This document shows, piece after piece, positions 19,210 through 29,612 of a DNA stretch of 64,000 nt (position 1 is the stretch's first letter; each line of letters opens with the position of its first letter). The position numbers were made by a program, and so were the translations under genes. Source of the DNA: Candidatus Multivoradales bacterium (GTDB lineage: Bacteria > Acidobacteriota > Thermoanaerobaculia > Multivoradales > JAHEKO01); the NCBI GenBank assembly GCA_965223855.1, contig CBDCXM010000009.1:576001-640000 (forward strand). Direction: 5' to 3'. The notes beneath the pieces are model-generated. The model was not told where the DNA came from and did not search any database. It saw only the letters and a list, made by a program, of their open reading frames with translations.

Positions 19210-19245
19210 GGGGAAGACCAGCCGGGTCCTTCTGCGGGCCCGGAA

Positions 19246-20430
19246 TCAGCGCGCCGTCGCACGGCGCGGCCACCACCAGATCGCCGCCCCGACAGCGAGG
19301 GCGATCTCGAACGCTCCGCACAGGGCGAAGGCGAAGCCGAAACCACGCTCGGCGTACGCCCAGGCACCAACGAGCGGCCCGATGGCGAAGCCGAGCGAGC
19401 CGGCGAGGTTGAAGCCGCCCATCGCGCTGGCACGGGTCTCCGGCGCTGCGAGCTGCGCCGTCAGGAGCATCGCCGGCGGGAACATCACCGCGGCGAAGAC
19501 GCCGAGGGCGATCATCACCGGCCCGAGGAGCGCCAGGTCGGCGACGCCGACCGTCGTCAGCACGATGCCGTAGACGAGTGAGCCGAAGATCAGCGGCCGG
19601 TACGGCCCGGTGCGGTCGGTCATGCGGCCGGTGAACACCTGCAGGAACGCGAACGGCAGCAGGAAGAGCGACAGATAGCGCCCCCGCACCGCTGCGTCGC
19701 CCGCCCCCAGAGTGTCGAGATAGAGCGGGAAGACGACGACGAAGAGGCCCACCGCCAGTCGATCGACGAAGTGGAAGAGCATCGGCAGCAGCAGGCGTGG
19801 CCGCTCGCGCAGCGCCAGCGCGATACGCCGCAGTCGCACGCCGCGCTGGAGCGACTTCGACTCCACCAGTGCCAGCGCGGCCAGCGCCAGCACGGCGAAC
19901 AGGATCGCCGCCGCGCCGAGCGGCGCGCGGGCGCCGAACCAGCGCGTCAGATAGCCGCCGAACGGCGCCCCGATCCCCACTCCGAGGATGAGGCTCGCCC
20001 CCATCAGACCCATCGAGCGGCCGGAGCGTTCGCGGTCGGGTCGGTCGAGCACCGAGGCCATCACCAGCGACCAACCCATCACCGTGCACGCCCCCTGAAC
20101 GAAGCGCAGCGCCAGCAACGAGGGCACCGTTTCGACGCCCTGGTAGGCGGCGTAGATCAGCGCCGAGCTGGCGAAGCCGACGACGATGAACGGCCGGCGT
20201 CGCCCGAGCCGATCGCTGGCGAGTCCCCAGATCGGCGCGAACAGGATGTAGGCGATCGTCTCGACCGAGAAGAACAGCGTCGCGTCGCGCACCGTGCCGC
20301 CGAGATCGTCGATGACGAACTCCTTGAGCCCGGCGACCACCAGGGTGAGGTTGAACATCGCGCCGAACAGCAGCGCGCATGGCAGGAGCACACCGCGGCC
20401 GAAGCGGGAGGATTCGCTGGACGAACTCAC
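19246..20430 (-). CDS. MFS transporter
   Basis: G.ASDRLGRRRP motif A; about 12 TM segments; second GRMTDRTG repeat. Confidence 0.85.
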   Translation of the reverse strand: MSSSSESSRFGRGVLLPCALLFGAMFNLTLVVAGLKEFVIDDLGGTVRDATLFFSVETIAYILFAPIWGLASDRLGRRRPFIVVGFASSALIYAAYQGVETVPSLLALRFVQGACTVMGWSLVMASVLDRPDRERSGRSMGLMGASLILGVGIGAPFGGYLTRWFGARAPLGAAAILFAVLALAALALVESKSLQRGVRLRRIALALRERPRLLLPMLFHFVDRLAVGLFVVVFPLYLDTLGAGDAAVRGRYLSLFLLPFAFLQVFTGRMTDRTGPYRPLIFGSLVYGIVLTTVGVADLALLGPVMIALGVFAAVMFPPAMLLTAQLAAPETRASAMGGFNLAGSLGFAIGPLVGAWAYAERGFGFAFALCGAFEIALAVGAAIWWWPRRATAR

Positions 20431-20467
20431 GGCTGAAGGAAGCTGTTGGGGGAGCCGGGGGGCGGCC

Positions 20468-21172
20468 TCAGCGACCGGTGTCCTGGACCTCGAACTCGAT
20501 CCGGCGGTTCACCGCGCGGCCGTCGGGCGTTTCGTTCGAGACCAGCGGCCGATCGGGGCCGTAGCCGACCGCGGTCAACCGCTCTCGCGGCACTCCGGCC
20601 GCGACGAGGTAGGAGAGCACCGACTCGGCCCGACGCAGCGAAAGCTCGAGGTTCTCGTCGCGCGGCCCGCTGGCATCGGTATGCCCGGCGATTTCGATCC
20701 GCCCGCCCTCGCAGCCGGTGAGCGCCGCAACCAGTGCCGAGAGCGCCCCTTCGCTCGATTCGCGCAGGGCCGCACTGCTGCTCTCGAAGTCGATTCGCCC
20801 GGCGGTCAGAGCCTCGTCGATCGCTCCCTGGCAGGCGGTGATCGAGGAGCTGGATTCGATGCCCTGCGCCGGATCAGTGTCGACCCCGGCGGCAGGCGGC
20901 GCGATGTCGAGGGTGAGGCGGTTGGCGACGTTGCGCACGCCTTCAATCCCGGCGACGCTGTGTCCGGCGGCCTGCTTGCGCTCGACGTTGGGCACCGTCC
21001 CCTCGAGCAGCACGTCCCGCCCGTCGACCGTCGCCGTCACCTGGTCGAGACCCTGCTGGTCGACGGCGCTCTGCACTTCGTCGGAGAGTCTCGACTCGAC
21101 GGCGCGCGCCTCGGTCCAGGCGCACACGAACGCGGTCGCGACCAGCACGAGGATGGCGAGGAGCGGTCTCAC
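20468..21172 (-). CDS. BON + OmpA-family domain protein
   Basis: N-terminal BON-like 'V.L.GTV...GV.NV.N.L'; C-terminal IAGHTD...N..LS.RRAE.V...GYG..RP..N.T..GR..NRRIEF. Confidence 0.88.
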   Translation of the reverse strand: MRPLLAILVLVATAFVCAWTEARAVESRLSDEVQSAVDQQGLDQVTATVDGRDVLLEGTVPNVERKQAAGHSVAGIEGVRNVANRLTLDIAPPAAGVDTDPAQGIESSSSITACQGAIDEALTAGRIDFESSSAALRESSEGALSALVAALTGCEGGRIEIAGHTDASGPRDENLELSLRRAESVLSYLVAAGVPRERLTAVGYGPDRPLVSNETPDGRAVNRRIEFEVQDTGR

Positions 21173-21210
21173 GGCAGTGCCATAATGCTGTCACGATTCG
21201 AGCCTCCGAG

Positions 21211-21462
21211 GTGGACCCGCGACAGGAAATCCGGCAACAGATCGAGGGGATCGCCACCTCTGAGTTCGGCTGGCGGGGCGCCCTCGCGGAGGAGATGCGG
21301 ATTCAGACCGACCTCGGCCTCGACTCGCTGCGGGCGATGGCATTGATCGTCGAGATCGAGAACCGCTTCGAGATCGTGCTCGAACCGGAGGACGAGGCGC
21401 GACTGGAGACGATCGGAGACCTCATAGATCTGGTGATCGAGCGCCGGCCGACCCTGGGCTGA
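21211..21462 (+). CDS. Acyl carrier protein
   Basis: DLGLDSL..M.L....E.RF.I...TIGDL. Confidence 0.88.
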   Translation: MDPRQEIRQQIEGIATSEFGWRGALAEEMRIQTDLGLDSLRAMALIVEIENRFEIVLEPEDEARLETIGDLIDLVIERRPTLG

Positions 21463-21478
21463 AACGCCAAGCGACGAC

Positions 21479-23203
21479 ATGGCGACCACACTGCAGGAGC
21501 TCCTGCTCGCGACCGCCGATGCCGGTCGCGGCGGGCTGCGGTTCGTCGACCGCCGGGAGCAGGCGGTCTTCGTCCCCTGGCACGAAGTCGCCGAGCGCGC
21601 TCTGGCGGCAGCGGCGGAGCTCGCCGCTCGAGGCGTCGCCGCGGGTGACCGGCTGGCGATCATCCTCAGGACCTCGCCCCGCTTCTTCGACGCCTTCTTC
21701 GGCGCACTCTTCGCCGGCGCCGTCCCGGTGCCCCTCTACCCCCCGGTGCGCCTCGGAAAGCTGGCCGAGTATCACCGCCGCACCGCCGCCATGCTTCACG
21801 CGGTCGGAGCGCGCCATCTCGTCAGCGAACCGGGTCTCTCGGGGCTGCTGGGAGAGTCGACCGGCAGCACCGTCGCGATCCTCGAGCTCGGTAATCCGCC
21901 GACCGCAGGCGTCGCGACCCCGCCGATCACGACCCCCACCGAGCTCGCGCTGGTGCAGTTCTCCTCCGGTACCACCGTCGATCCGAAGCCGGTGGCGCTC
22001 GGCCACCGCGCGGTGCTCGCGCAGACACGGCTCCTGAACGACCACTGGCGGCATCTCGAAGAAGCGAGCGGCGTATCGTGGCTGCCGCTCTACCACGACA
22101 TGGGGCTCATCGGCTGCGTGTTTCCGGCACTGGAGCTCGCCGCCGAGCTGACCCTGCTGCCCCCGGAGCTCTTCGTCCACCGCCCGGCGCTGTGGCTGCG
22201 GACGCTGTCCCGCTACCGCGGCACCGTCTCACCGGCGCCCAACTTCGCCTACGGGCTGTGTGTCGATCGGATCACCGACGATGAGCTCGAAGGGGTCGAT
22301 CTCTCGCCCTGGAGGGTGGCGCTCAACGGCGCCGAGACCGTCTCGCCGGAGGTGCTGCGACGTTTCGTCGAGCGCTTCGCTCCATTCGGCTTCCGACGGG
22401 AAGCTCTGTCGCCCGTCTACGGGCTCTCGGAGGCGAGTCTCGCCGTCACCTTCCCGGACCTCGGAGCGCCGTTCGAGACGCTGGTCGTCGATCGCCGGCG
22501 CCTCGCCGAAGAGGGTGTCGCCGTCGATGCCGCCGAGGGGCGCGAGCTGGTGTCGGTCGGGCGGCCGCTGCCCGAGTTCGAGATCGAGATCCGGGGAGAC
22601 GACGGCTCGAAGCTCGGCGACGACCGGGTCGGGCGTCTGTGGGTGCGGGGGCCCTCGCTGATGGACGGCTACCTCGACCGCCCCGAAGCGACCGCCGGCG
22701 CGCTCGTCGACGGCTGGCTCGACACCGGCGACCGCGGCTTCCGGCGTGACGGCCAGCTGTACCTCGTCGGCCGCGACAAGGATCTGCTGATCGTGCGCGG
22801 ACGCAACCATGCACCCGAAGAGGTCGAGCGCGCCGTCGACCGGGTCGCCGGAGTCCGCACGGGCTGCTGTGCCGCGGTCGGCGCCCCGCAGGAAGACAGC
22901 GGCGAAGAGGCGGTGCGGCTGTTCGTCGAGCTGCGGCGCGGCATCGCGCCGTCGCCCGACCTGGAGCGCCGCTGTCGTGACGCCGTACGCGAGGAGACCG
23001 GGATCGAGATCGACGAGCTCCACCTGCTCTCACCGGGCACCCTGCCCCGCACTTCGTCGGGAAAGATCCGCCGGGGTGAGACGCTGCACCGCCACCTGAC
23101 CGGGCACCTCACGCCGCCGAAGCGCTTCCACCTCGGCCGACTCGCCGTCGCCTGGTGGCGATCGTGGCGGGCGCGCCGCGCACCGCGGAGAGCCGACGCA
23201 TGA
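21479..23203 (+). CDS. Fatty acyl-AMP ligase (FAAL)
   Basis: QFSSGTT..PK, SWLPLYHDMGLIG, PNFAY, YGLSEA, WLDTGD, GRNH.PEE.E, PRTSSGK. Confidence 0.88.
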   Translation: MATTLQELLLATADAGRGGLRFVDRREQAVFVPWHEVAERALAAAAELAARGVAAGDRLAIILRTSPRFFDAFFGALFAGAVPVPLYPPVRLGKLAEYHRRTAAMLHAVGARHLVSEPGLSGLLGESTGSTVAILELGNPPTAGVATPPITTPTELALVQFSSGTTVDPKPVALGHRAVLAQTRLLNDHWRHLEEASGVSWLPLYHDMGLIGCVFPALELAAELTLLPPELFVHRPALWLRTLSRYRGTVSPAPNFAYGLCVDRITDDELEGVDLSPWRVALNGAETVSPEVLRRFVERFAPFGFRREALSPVYGLSEASLAVTFPDLGAPFETLVVDRRRLAEEGVAVDAAEGRELVSVGRPLPEFEIEIRGDDGSKLGDDRVGRLWVRGPSLMDGYLDRPEATAGALVDGWLDTGDRGFRRDGQLYLVGRDKDLLIVRGRNHAPEEVERAVDRVAGVRTGCCAAVGAPQEDSGEEAVRLFVELRRGIAPSPDLERRCRDAVREETGIEIDELHLLSPGTLPRTSSGKIRRGETLHRHLTGHLTPPKRFHLGRLAVAWWRSWRARRAPRRADA

Positions 23204-24420
23204 AGGCGCCCGAAGGGACGGCGATCGTCGTCGGCGGCGGCCCGGCAGGGCTCGCGACCGCCATTGCGCTGCGCCGGCACGATTTCGAGGTGACGATCTT
23301 CGACCGCGGCGAGCCGCCGATCGACAAGGCGTGCGGCGAGGGCATCATGCCGGCCGGTGTCAGGGCGCTCGACCGGCTCGGGGTGCGGCGGGGCGCCCTC
23401 GAAGGACGGGAGTTTCGCGGCATCAAGTACCTGGGAGAACGCTTCGCCGGAGAGCTGCCGTCGGAGGCCGTGGCTTTGGTCCGAGAAGACCGGCCTCCGG
23501 CGAACGAGGCTCGAGAAGACATAGCTCCCGACGACATCGTCGAAGTGCGCGGCGACCTCCCCGAGCCCGGGGGTCTCGCGGTGCGCCGGACGGCGCTCCA
23601 GCGGGCGCTCGTCGAGCGCGCGGAGGAGGTCGGCGTCGACCTTCGCTGGCGCACGGCGGTCCGCGGCCTCGTCGAGTACGGCGTCACCACCGACGACGGC
23701 CACCACCGCGCGCGCTGGATCCTCGGCGCAGACGGCCTTCATTCCCGCGTCCGTCAGTGGGGCGGCTTCGGCCCCGTGCCGAGCCGCCGGCCGGCCCGCT
23801 TCGGTGTGCGCCGCCACTACGACGTCCGCCCGTGGAGCGACGACGTCGAGGTCTACTGGGGCAACCGCTGCGAGGCGTACGTCTGGGGACTCGCCGGCGA
23901 CGAGGTCGGCGTGGCGATCCTGTGGAGCGGCGGCAAGAGCAGCTTCGACCGGCTGCTGCAGCGCTTTCCGAGGCTCGAAAAGAGGCTCGCCGGTGCCACG
24001 CCGACCAGTCACGACCAGGGCGCCGGGCCGTTCGATCAGCGGGTCCGCGAGCCGAGCCGCGGCCACCTCGCCCTGGTCGGCGACGCCGCCGGCTACCGCG
24101 ACGCGATCACCGGCGAGGGGGTGGCGCTGTCGCTCGAGCAGGCACTCGCGCTCGCCGACTGCCTGGGGCGGGGATCGCTCAAGGGCTACCCGCGGGCGTT
24201 GCGCCGACTCACCGCGCGCCCCTACGCCTTCATCCGTCTGCTGCTCTTTGTCGAGCAGCGGCCGGCGATGCGGCGGCGGATGCTCGACGCTCTCGCCGAC
24301 GATCCATGGATCTTCCAGCGTCTGCTCGACATCCACGCCGGGGCCGCCCCGCTGACCTCGCTCGGTATCGTCGGCGGCTGGACCCTGGTGCGGCGCCTGA
24401 TCCTCGACGGCGGCTACTGA
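23200..24420 (+). CDS. FAD-dependent oxidoreductase/monooxygenase
   Basis: VGGGPAG, DKACGEG, GADGLHS, LVGDAAGY.DAITGEG. Confidence 0.85.
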   Translation: MKAPEGTAIVVGGGPAGLATAIALRRHDFEVTIFDRGEPPIDKACGEGIMPAGVRALDRLGVRRGALEGREFRGIKYLGERFAGELPSEAVALVREDRPPANEAREDIAPDDIVEVRGDLPEPGGLAVRRTALQRALVERAEEVGVDLRWRTAVRGLVEYGVTTDDGHHRARWILGADGLHSRVRQWGGFGPVPSRRPARFGVRRHYDVRPWSDDVEVYWGNRCEAYVWGLAGDEVGVAILWSGGKSSFDRLLQRFPRLEKRLAGATPTSHDQGAGPFDQRVREPSRGHLALVGDAAGYRDAITGEGVALSLEQALALADCLGRGSLKGYPRALRRLTARPYAFIRLLLFVEQRPAMRRRMLDALADDPWIFQRLLDIHAGAAPLTSLGIVGGWTLVRRLILDGGY

Positions 24421-24992
24421 GCGGCGGTCGCCGCAGCATCGGTCGGCAGCCCGGCTCGGCGCTCATCGAGTCGCGCCAGCGCCTCGGCCGCCACCCGCAG
24501 CCGATAGCCGAGCTCGAAATAGCGCCTTTCCCGGCAAGCCCGTACGCCGTCGGCGAGCGCCGCCAGGACGACGTGCACCTCCAGCGCCTCGAGGTACGGC
24601 GCCCCGGCGACGAGCGTGCGGCGATCGACCCGCTCCAGGCTCTCGAGGGCGAGGGCGCAGCGCTCATGTCGAGCGAGCCGCCACAGCCGGTGCCGCGTTT
24701 CGAGCAGGCGGCGGGACTCGCTCAGCAGCGGTACCGCCCGATCGAAGCTCCGCCACCACGAGGCGACATCGTCTTCCGCCCCGGCGGTGGGCCCCGATCG
24801 TTCGAGCGACACGCCGTCGGCATCGCCGACGATCACCGCCCGGGATTGCGTCCCGGCTGCCTGGGCCGCGGCCACGAAGACGGCCGCCGCGGTGAAGAGT
24901 CGAACGATTCCTACGACACCGGTCCGCGGGCGCTCGCGCGCGGCCTGTCGTTGTGTGACCAACGTTCTTCTGACACTCCGTAGGCATCTCAT
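24414..24992 (-). CDS. Hypothetical protein (possibly secreted); start uncertain
   Basis: Fills the gap between flanking genes; hydrophobic signal-like stretch followed by helical sequence. Confidence 0.35.
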   Translation of the reverse strand: MRCLRSVRRTLVTQRQAARERPRTGVVGIVRLFTAAAVFVAAAQAAGTQSRAVIVGDADGVSLERSGPTAGAEDDVASWWRSFDRAVPLLSESRRLLETRHRLWRLARHERCALALESLERVDRRTLVAGAPYLEALEVHVVLAALADGVRACRERRYFELGYRLRVAAEALARLDERRAGLPTDAAATAAQ

Positions 24993-25072
24993 GCCCCGAA
25001 AGACGCGAAGCGGGCGGAGATCCTTGCACCGCCGCCGGAGGTCACCGGGCGCACGGGACGTAGAATTCCCCC

Positions 25073-26650
25073 GTGGCACGTCGTCGGAGCAGGAAAGAGC
25101 CGTCAACCGGCTGGCACGCAGTGCGTGCCGTCGAGAAGCCGATCGTCCCGACCTCCGCGCACGGTCGCTTCTCGCTCGCCCTCGCCTACGCCAACAGCTA
25201 CCACGTCGGCATGTCGAGCCTCGCCTTCCAGCGGGTGTTCGAGCTCGTCCACCAGACGCCGGACTGGAGCTGCGAGCGCTTCTTCCTCGACGGCGACGGG
25301 ATGCCGCTGTCGGTCGACACCGACTCGCCGCTCGACGCCTTCGGTGCGATCGCCTTCTCGATCTCGTTCGAGGAGGACTACGTGCACTTCCTGCAGATGC
25401 TCGATCGAGCCGGAATCGCCGCCCGCCGGGAAGCCCGCGGCGACGGCGACCCGCTGGTGATCGTCGGCGGCTCGTGCGCGATGATCAACCCGCTGACGCT
25501 CTCGGCCTTCGTCGACGTCTTCCCCCTGGGCGCCGCCGAGAACGTCCTCCCGGAGCTGCTGGCGGCGCTCGCCGAGGAGGAGGACCGCGAGGCGGTCCTC
25601 GCACGCCTCGCCGGGTGCGACGGCTTCTACGTCCCGGCGCACCACCGCCCCGAGGAGGGGGGGCTCGAGGCGCGGCTCAAGAAGCTCGAGCTCTCCGCCG
25701 AGCAGATGCGCCGGCCGGGCAACCTGCCGACCACCGCCATCGTCACCCCGCACACCGAGTTCGCGAACAAGTTCCTGATCGAGATGTCGCGCGGCTGCCC
25801 CGAGAAGTGCCGCTATTGCTGGGCGACCTTCGGCATGGGGTCGTTCCGCTGGCACCCGACCGAGTTCATCCTCGAAGCGATCGAGGGCGCCCGCGGCATC
25901 ACCGACCAGCTCGGCTTTGTCGCCACCGCCGTCGGCGACCACCCGGAGATCGAGCGCATCCTCCACGAGGCTAACCGGATGGGCTTCCGCAGCTCGCTCT
26001 CCTCGGTGCGCATCCCGGCGGTGACCCCGGGTCTGCTCGAGGCGCTCAAGGCGTCCGGCGACCGGTCGATCACCCTGGCGCCGGAGACCGGCAGCGACTC
26101 GCTGCGGGTGAAGCTCAACAAGCCGATCCCGAACTCCGTGCTCTACGACAAGGTGCGAATGATCTTCCGCCACGGCCTGACGCACCTGAAGCTCTACTTC
26201 ATCGTCGGCCTGCCCGAGGAGTCGATGGAGGACGTGCAGGCGATCCTCGACGTCGCCACGGAGTGCCGCCGCATCATGCTCGAGGAGCTCGCCCCGACCG
26301 GTGTCATCGGCCACATCCACCTCGGCGTCAACATCCTCATCCCCAAGCCCTACACCGGCTACCAGCGCGAGACGATGGAGGACGAGGCGACCCTCAAGGC
26401 GAAGCTCAAACTGGTGAAGAGGGGCGCCGCGGCGATCCCCAACCTTTCGCTCGCCACCATGCCGATCCGTCAGGCGATCTGGCAGACCTACATCACCAAG
26501 GCGGGCTCCGACGCCGCCGACCTGCTCGAAGCGGCGGCGGCCGGGGAGCCGATCTCGTCACTCCTGAGGCGCCACGCCGGCCGCATCGAGGCGGAGGTCT
26601 TCGCCCGCGGTGAGGGGAAGCTGCGATGGCACTTCCTGCAGACGGGTTGA
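25073..26650 (+). CDS. Radical SAM protein (B12-binding-like/TIGR03960-like family)
   Basis: YANSYHVGMSSL, IEMSRGCPEKCRYC, ITLAPETGS..LR..NK, LKLYFIVGLP.E, IPKPYT. Confidence 0.85.
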   Translation: MARRRSRKEPSTGWHAVRAVEKPIVPTSAHGRFSLALAYANSYHVGMSSLAFQRVFELVHQTPDWSCERFFLDGDGMPLSVDTDSPLDAFGAIAFSISFEEDYVHFLQMLDRAGIAARREARGDGDPLVIVGGSCAMINPLTLSAFVDVFPLGAAENVLPELLAALAEEEDREAVLARLAGCDGFYVPAHHRPEEGGLEARLKKLELSAEQMRRPGNLPTTAIVTPHTEFANKFLIEMSRGCPEKCRYCWATFGMGSFRWHPTEFILEAIEGARGITDQLGFVATAVGDHPEIERILHEANRMGFRSSLSSVRIPAVTPGLLEALKASGDRSITLAPETGSDSLRVKLNKPIPNSVLYDKVRMIFRHGLTHLKLYFIVGLPEESMEDVQAILDVATECRRIMLEELAPTGVIGHIHLGVNILIPKPYTGYQRETMEDEATLKAKLKLVKRGAAAIPNLSLATMPIRQAIWQTYITKAGSDAADLLEAAAAGEPISSLLRRHAGRIEAEVFARGEGKLRWHFLQTG

Positions 26651-26760
26651 GGCGCGAAGCCGCCCCGCGAAATCCCGAGCCACGCGACGTCCGGTAACAA
26701 CCCGCGCCGCCGTGCCCCTGTAGGAGATTGAACCCGACGTGGCCCCTGGTGAGGTCTACC

Positions 26761-28416
26761 ATGCGTCGTCCCTTCGCCCCCCGTTCGAGTCCGACGGTTC
26801 CGGCCGCCCTTCTCCTCCTAACAGCTCTGGCGGTGATCGCCCCCGGCTGCCGCAGCTCGGGGACCACCGCGCCTCAGCAGCCGGTGCGATATGTCGCCGC
26901 CGCAAGGCCCTCGGGAAACGCCCTCGCTCGGGTGACCCAGAGCCTCGACGGGCTCGCCTGGACGGTGCCGCAGACGATCGTCGACTCGAGCGGCAGCGCG
27001 GTGCCCGCCTCGACCTCGATCGGTATCGCCTGGGACGGAGTGCTCTACCACGCCGCCTGGTTCGATGGCTCCCGCCTGCGCTACGCCACCTCCGGCAACG
27101 GAGACGACTGGCTCGCCTCCGCTTCCGACCTCGGGACCTTTCCGGTCGGCAGTCAGGCGCGGCCCGCCGTCGCCGCGGGAGCGGGAAAGGTGCTGGTGGC
27201 GTTCCTCAGCGGCAGTCAGATCGTCGTCGTCGACATCAGCGCACCGAGTCCCCTCGTCGTCTCCGGTTCGGCGTCGGCCGGTCCGGCACTGGCCTTCGGC
27301 AACGGCCGCTTCGTCCTCGCCTTCCCGAGCGCCGCCCCACGTTCGCTGCAGGTCCGCACCTCCGGCGACGGCGTCACCTGGGCGACCGGGGCCAACCTGC
27401 CCGCCGCGGGCTTCCAGCCCGGTGCCGTGGCACTCGGCTTCGATGGCGGTCGCTTTCAGCTCGTCCAGCGGATCTCGGTCAGCACCGGCACCCTGTCGCG
27501 TACCGACCTCCAGACCTTCACCTCGAGCGACGGCGCAAGCTGGACGGCCGCCGACGTCCCCCGCGGTCAGGCATTCGGCACCGGCACCGCCATCGCCGGC
27601 AGCGCCGGCGGACGGCTGCTGCTCGACGCCTCGACCCGGGTCCACGCCTACGTGGGCACTTCGCCGCCGGTCGCGGTCGGCTGGACCGCCCTCAACGGGC
27701 TCGGCCTCACCCGGGGTCGCGGCCGTGCGATGGCGAGCTTCTCGCTCGACTCGGTCACGGTGACCCGGGCTCAGGAGCGCAGTGGTGACGAGCCTTACTT
27801 CCTCGTCTACAGCTTCCACTCGCGGGTGGCGCGCCCCGGATCGACGCGGGTCCACTGGTCGGGGGCTCTCGAGAAGGTCGGCGACGACCTCGGCGACGGC
27901 GACATGCGGCCGATCCCTCCCGCCATGGGCAGCACCGCCTGGACGATCGAGCCGGCGCGCGACCTGGTCGACAACACCAACGGCCAGGTGGACATCATGG
28001 GGGCGGTGATCGTCGCGATCGAGGAAGACGGCTGCCCTGACAGCGGCGTTGCTGCCAGAGCACGGCAGGCGGAGACCGTGATCGCCGGCGCAATCGAGAG
28101 CCTCATCGCAGGCGGAACCCTGGGCACCCTGTTGAACCAGTCGTCGCGCAACGCAGCTGTCGCCGCCGCGACGACCTCCGTGCGCAACTCGCTCGGCGGC
28201 GGCAGCGGTTTCAAGAGCTTCTTCGGCTGCGCCACCGACCGCGACGATCAGATCCAGGATCGGATCGTGCTGTTCGTCGGCACGGAACTCTTCACCGAGG
28301 ACCCGTCGATGCGCACCTTCCGGATCGACCCGACGCGACCGACCCTGCCGATCTCGCTGACGTTCACCGACCCCGACACCACCTGGACGGTGGCCGCGAC
28401 GCTGCGGGTGCACTGA
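26761..28416 (+). CDS. Secreted hypothetical (lipo)protein with propeller-like repeats
   Basis: Lipobox-like IAPGC; repeated S.DG..W (Asp-box-like) motifs; C-terminal GDEPY domain. Confidence 0.6.
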   Translation: MRRPFAPRSSPTVPAALLLLTALAVIAPGCRSSGTTAPQQPVRYVAAARPSGNALARVTQSLDGLAWTVPQTIVDSSGSAVPASTSIGIAWDGVLYHAAWFDGSRLRYATSGNGDDWLASASDLGTFPVGSQARPAVAAGAGKVLVAFLSGSQIVVVDISAPSPLVVSGSASAGPALAFGNGRFVLAFPSAAPRSLQVRTSGDGVTWATGANLPAAGFQPGAVALGFDGGRFQLVQRISVSTGTLSRTDLQTFTSSDGASWTAADVPRGQAFGTGTAIAGSAGGRLLLDASTRVHAYVGTSPPVAVGWTALNGLGLTRGRGRAMASFSLDSVTVTRAQERSGDEPYFLVYSFHSRVARPGSTRVHWSGALEKVGDDLGDGDMRPIPPAMGSTAWTIEPARDLVDNTNGQVDIMGAVIVAIEEDGCPDSGVAARARQAETVIAGAIESLIAGGTLGTLLNQSSRNAAVAAATTSVRNSLGGGSGFKSFFGCATDRDDQIQDRIVLFVGTELFTEDPSMRTFRIDPTRPTLPISLTFTDPDTTWTVAATLRVH

Positions 28417-28532
28417 GGCGACCCCGCGGCTTCGACCCGAAGGCGCCCTGTAACCAATCGCGCGCTCCGGCCCCTGTGACTACAGACCTGACCACCACCC
28501 TCCGAATCACCGATCGTCGCAGGGAGAGGACC

Positions 28533-29555
28533 ATGCCGAGACCCTGGAGAACCTTGTTCGCGCTCTCGATTCTGTGCCTCGCCGCCAGCGCGGCCCAGGC
28601 GAGTGAGACCACGACGAAGTGCTACGAGAGCTGCCATCAGGAGCGGGCCAAGTGCACCGACACGGTAGCGGAGAACGCGCCGAAGACCGATTGCGTCACT
28701 CAGCTGCTGGGCGACCTCAACAACTGCACCGCCGAGTGGCAGCGCGCCTTCCGCGCCTCCTGGACACAGCCGGGGATTCTGCCGTGGGCACGCTCGCAGC
28801 GTCATGCCTGCGAGACCCGGGCGCACAGCCGGCGCTCGCAATGCGAGGCGGCGTGGAAGCCTTCTCAGGAGGCCCTGAAACTCTGCTTCGAGCTCGAGAC
28901 CAAGTGCGAGACCCGCTGCGAAGAGGAGTGCTACGCGCGGGAGGGAGACGAGACCGATTGCAGCAATCCGACGACCTACGGCGGCGGTGGCGGGGTCTCG
29001 TACCGGGTGCGACCCTGTCCGCCGAGCACGGTAAGGAGCTTCGGGGTGCTCGGACTCTGCGAGGCGACGTTCCGGGGTCGCGACTCCTCTCCGCCCGGAG
29101 AAGACGGCTGCCCGAGCGGGACGCGCCGGGGCCCCGACGACCGTTGCGTGCCGACCTTCACGGTCGCGGTGGCGCCCTTCGGCGACGAGCATCTGCTGCT
29201 TTGCCCGCCGGGGACTCGGCCGAGCCCGATCGATGGCGGCTGCGTCTTCGGAGGCGGAACCGATGGAGGCGACACCGGCGCCGAGCCGGGGCGCAATGTC
29301 TGCCCTCCCGGCACAACGCCGTCCCCCGACGACGGGACGTGCCTGCCGACGATCTCCCCGCCACAGCCCGGTGGAGTCATCGCCATCGACCCGTCGCTCG
29401 GACTGCGTCCGCTGCCCGAGCTCTCGCTCGAGCAGGTGAACGCCGTCGCCGGCTACGGCGCTCTGGTCACCTCGGACGTCGCTGCGGGCCTCGAAGCGAC
29501 GGCGGAGGCTCTCGGCATGGAGCTGGTGCGACCGGAGGAGACGCCGGACCCGTAG
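28533..29555 (+). CDS. Secreted cysteine-rich hypothetical protein
   Basis: RBS GAGAGGA; signal peptide; CxxxC helical N-terminal half and three CP.GT...C repeats. Confidence 0.65.
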   Translation: MPRPWRTLFALSILCLAASAAQASETTTKCYESCHQERAKCTDTVAENAPKTDCVTQLLGDLNNCTAEWQRAFRASWTQPGILPWARSQRHACETRAHSRRSQCEAAWKPSQEALKLCFELETKCETRCEEECYAREGDETDCSNPTTYGGGGGVSYRVRPCPPSTVRSFGVLGLCEATFRGRDSSPPGEDGCPSGTRRGPDDRCVPTFTVAVAPFGDEHLLLCPPGTRPSPIDGGCVFGGGTDGGDTGAEPGRNVCPPGTTPSPDDGTCLPTISPPQPGGVIAIDPSLGLRPLPELSLEQVNAVAGYGALVTSDVAAGLEATAEALGMELVRPEETPDP

Positions 29556-29612
29556 GCAGCCCCGGGACGCCCTCCCATCGGCACCGTACGCCCGCCCAAA
29601 CGGCGTGCGGGC

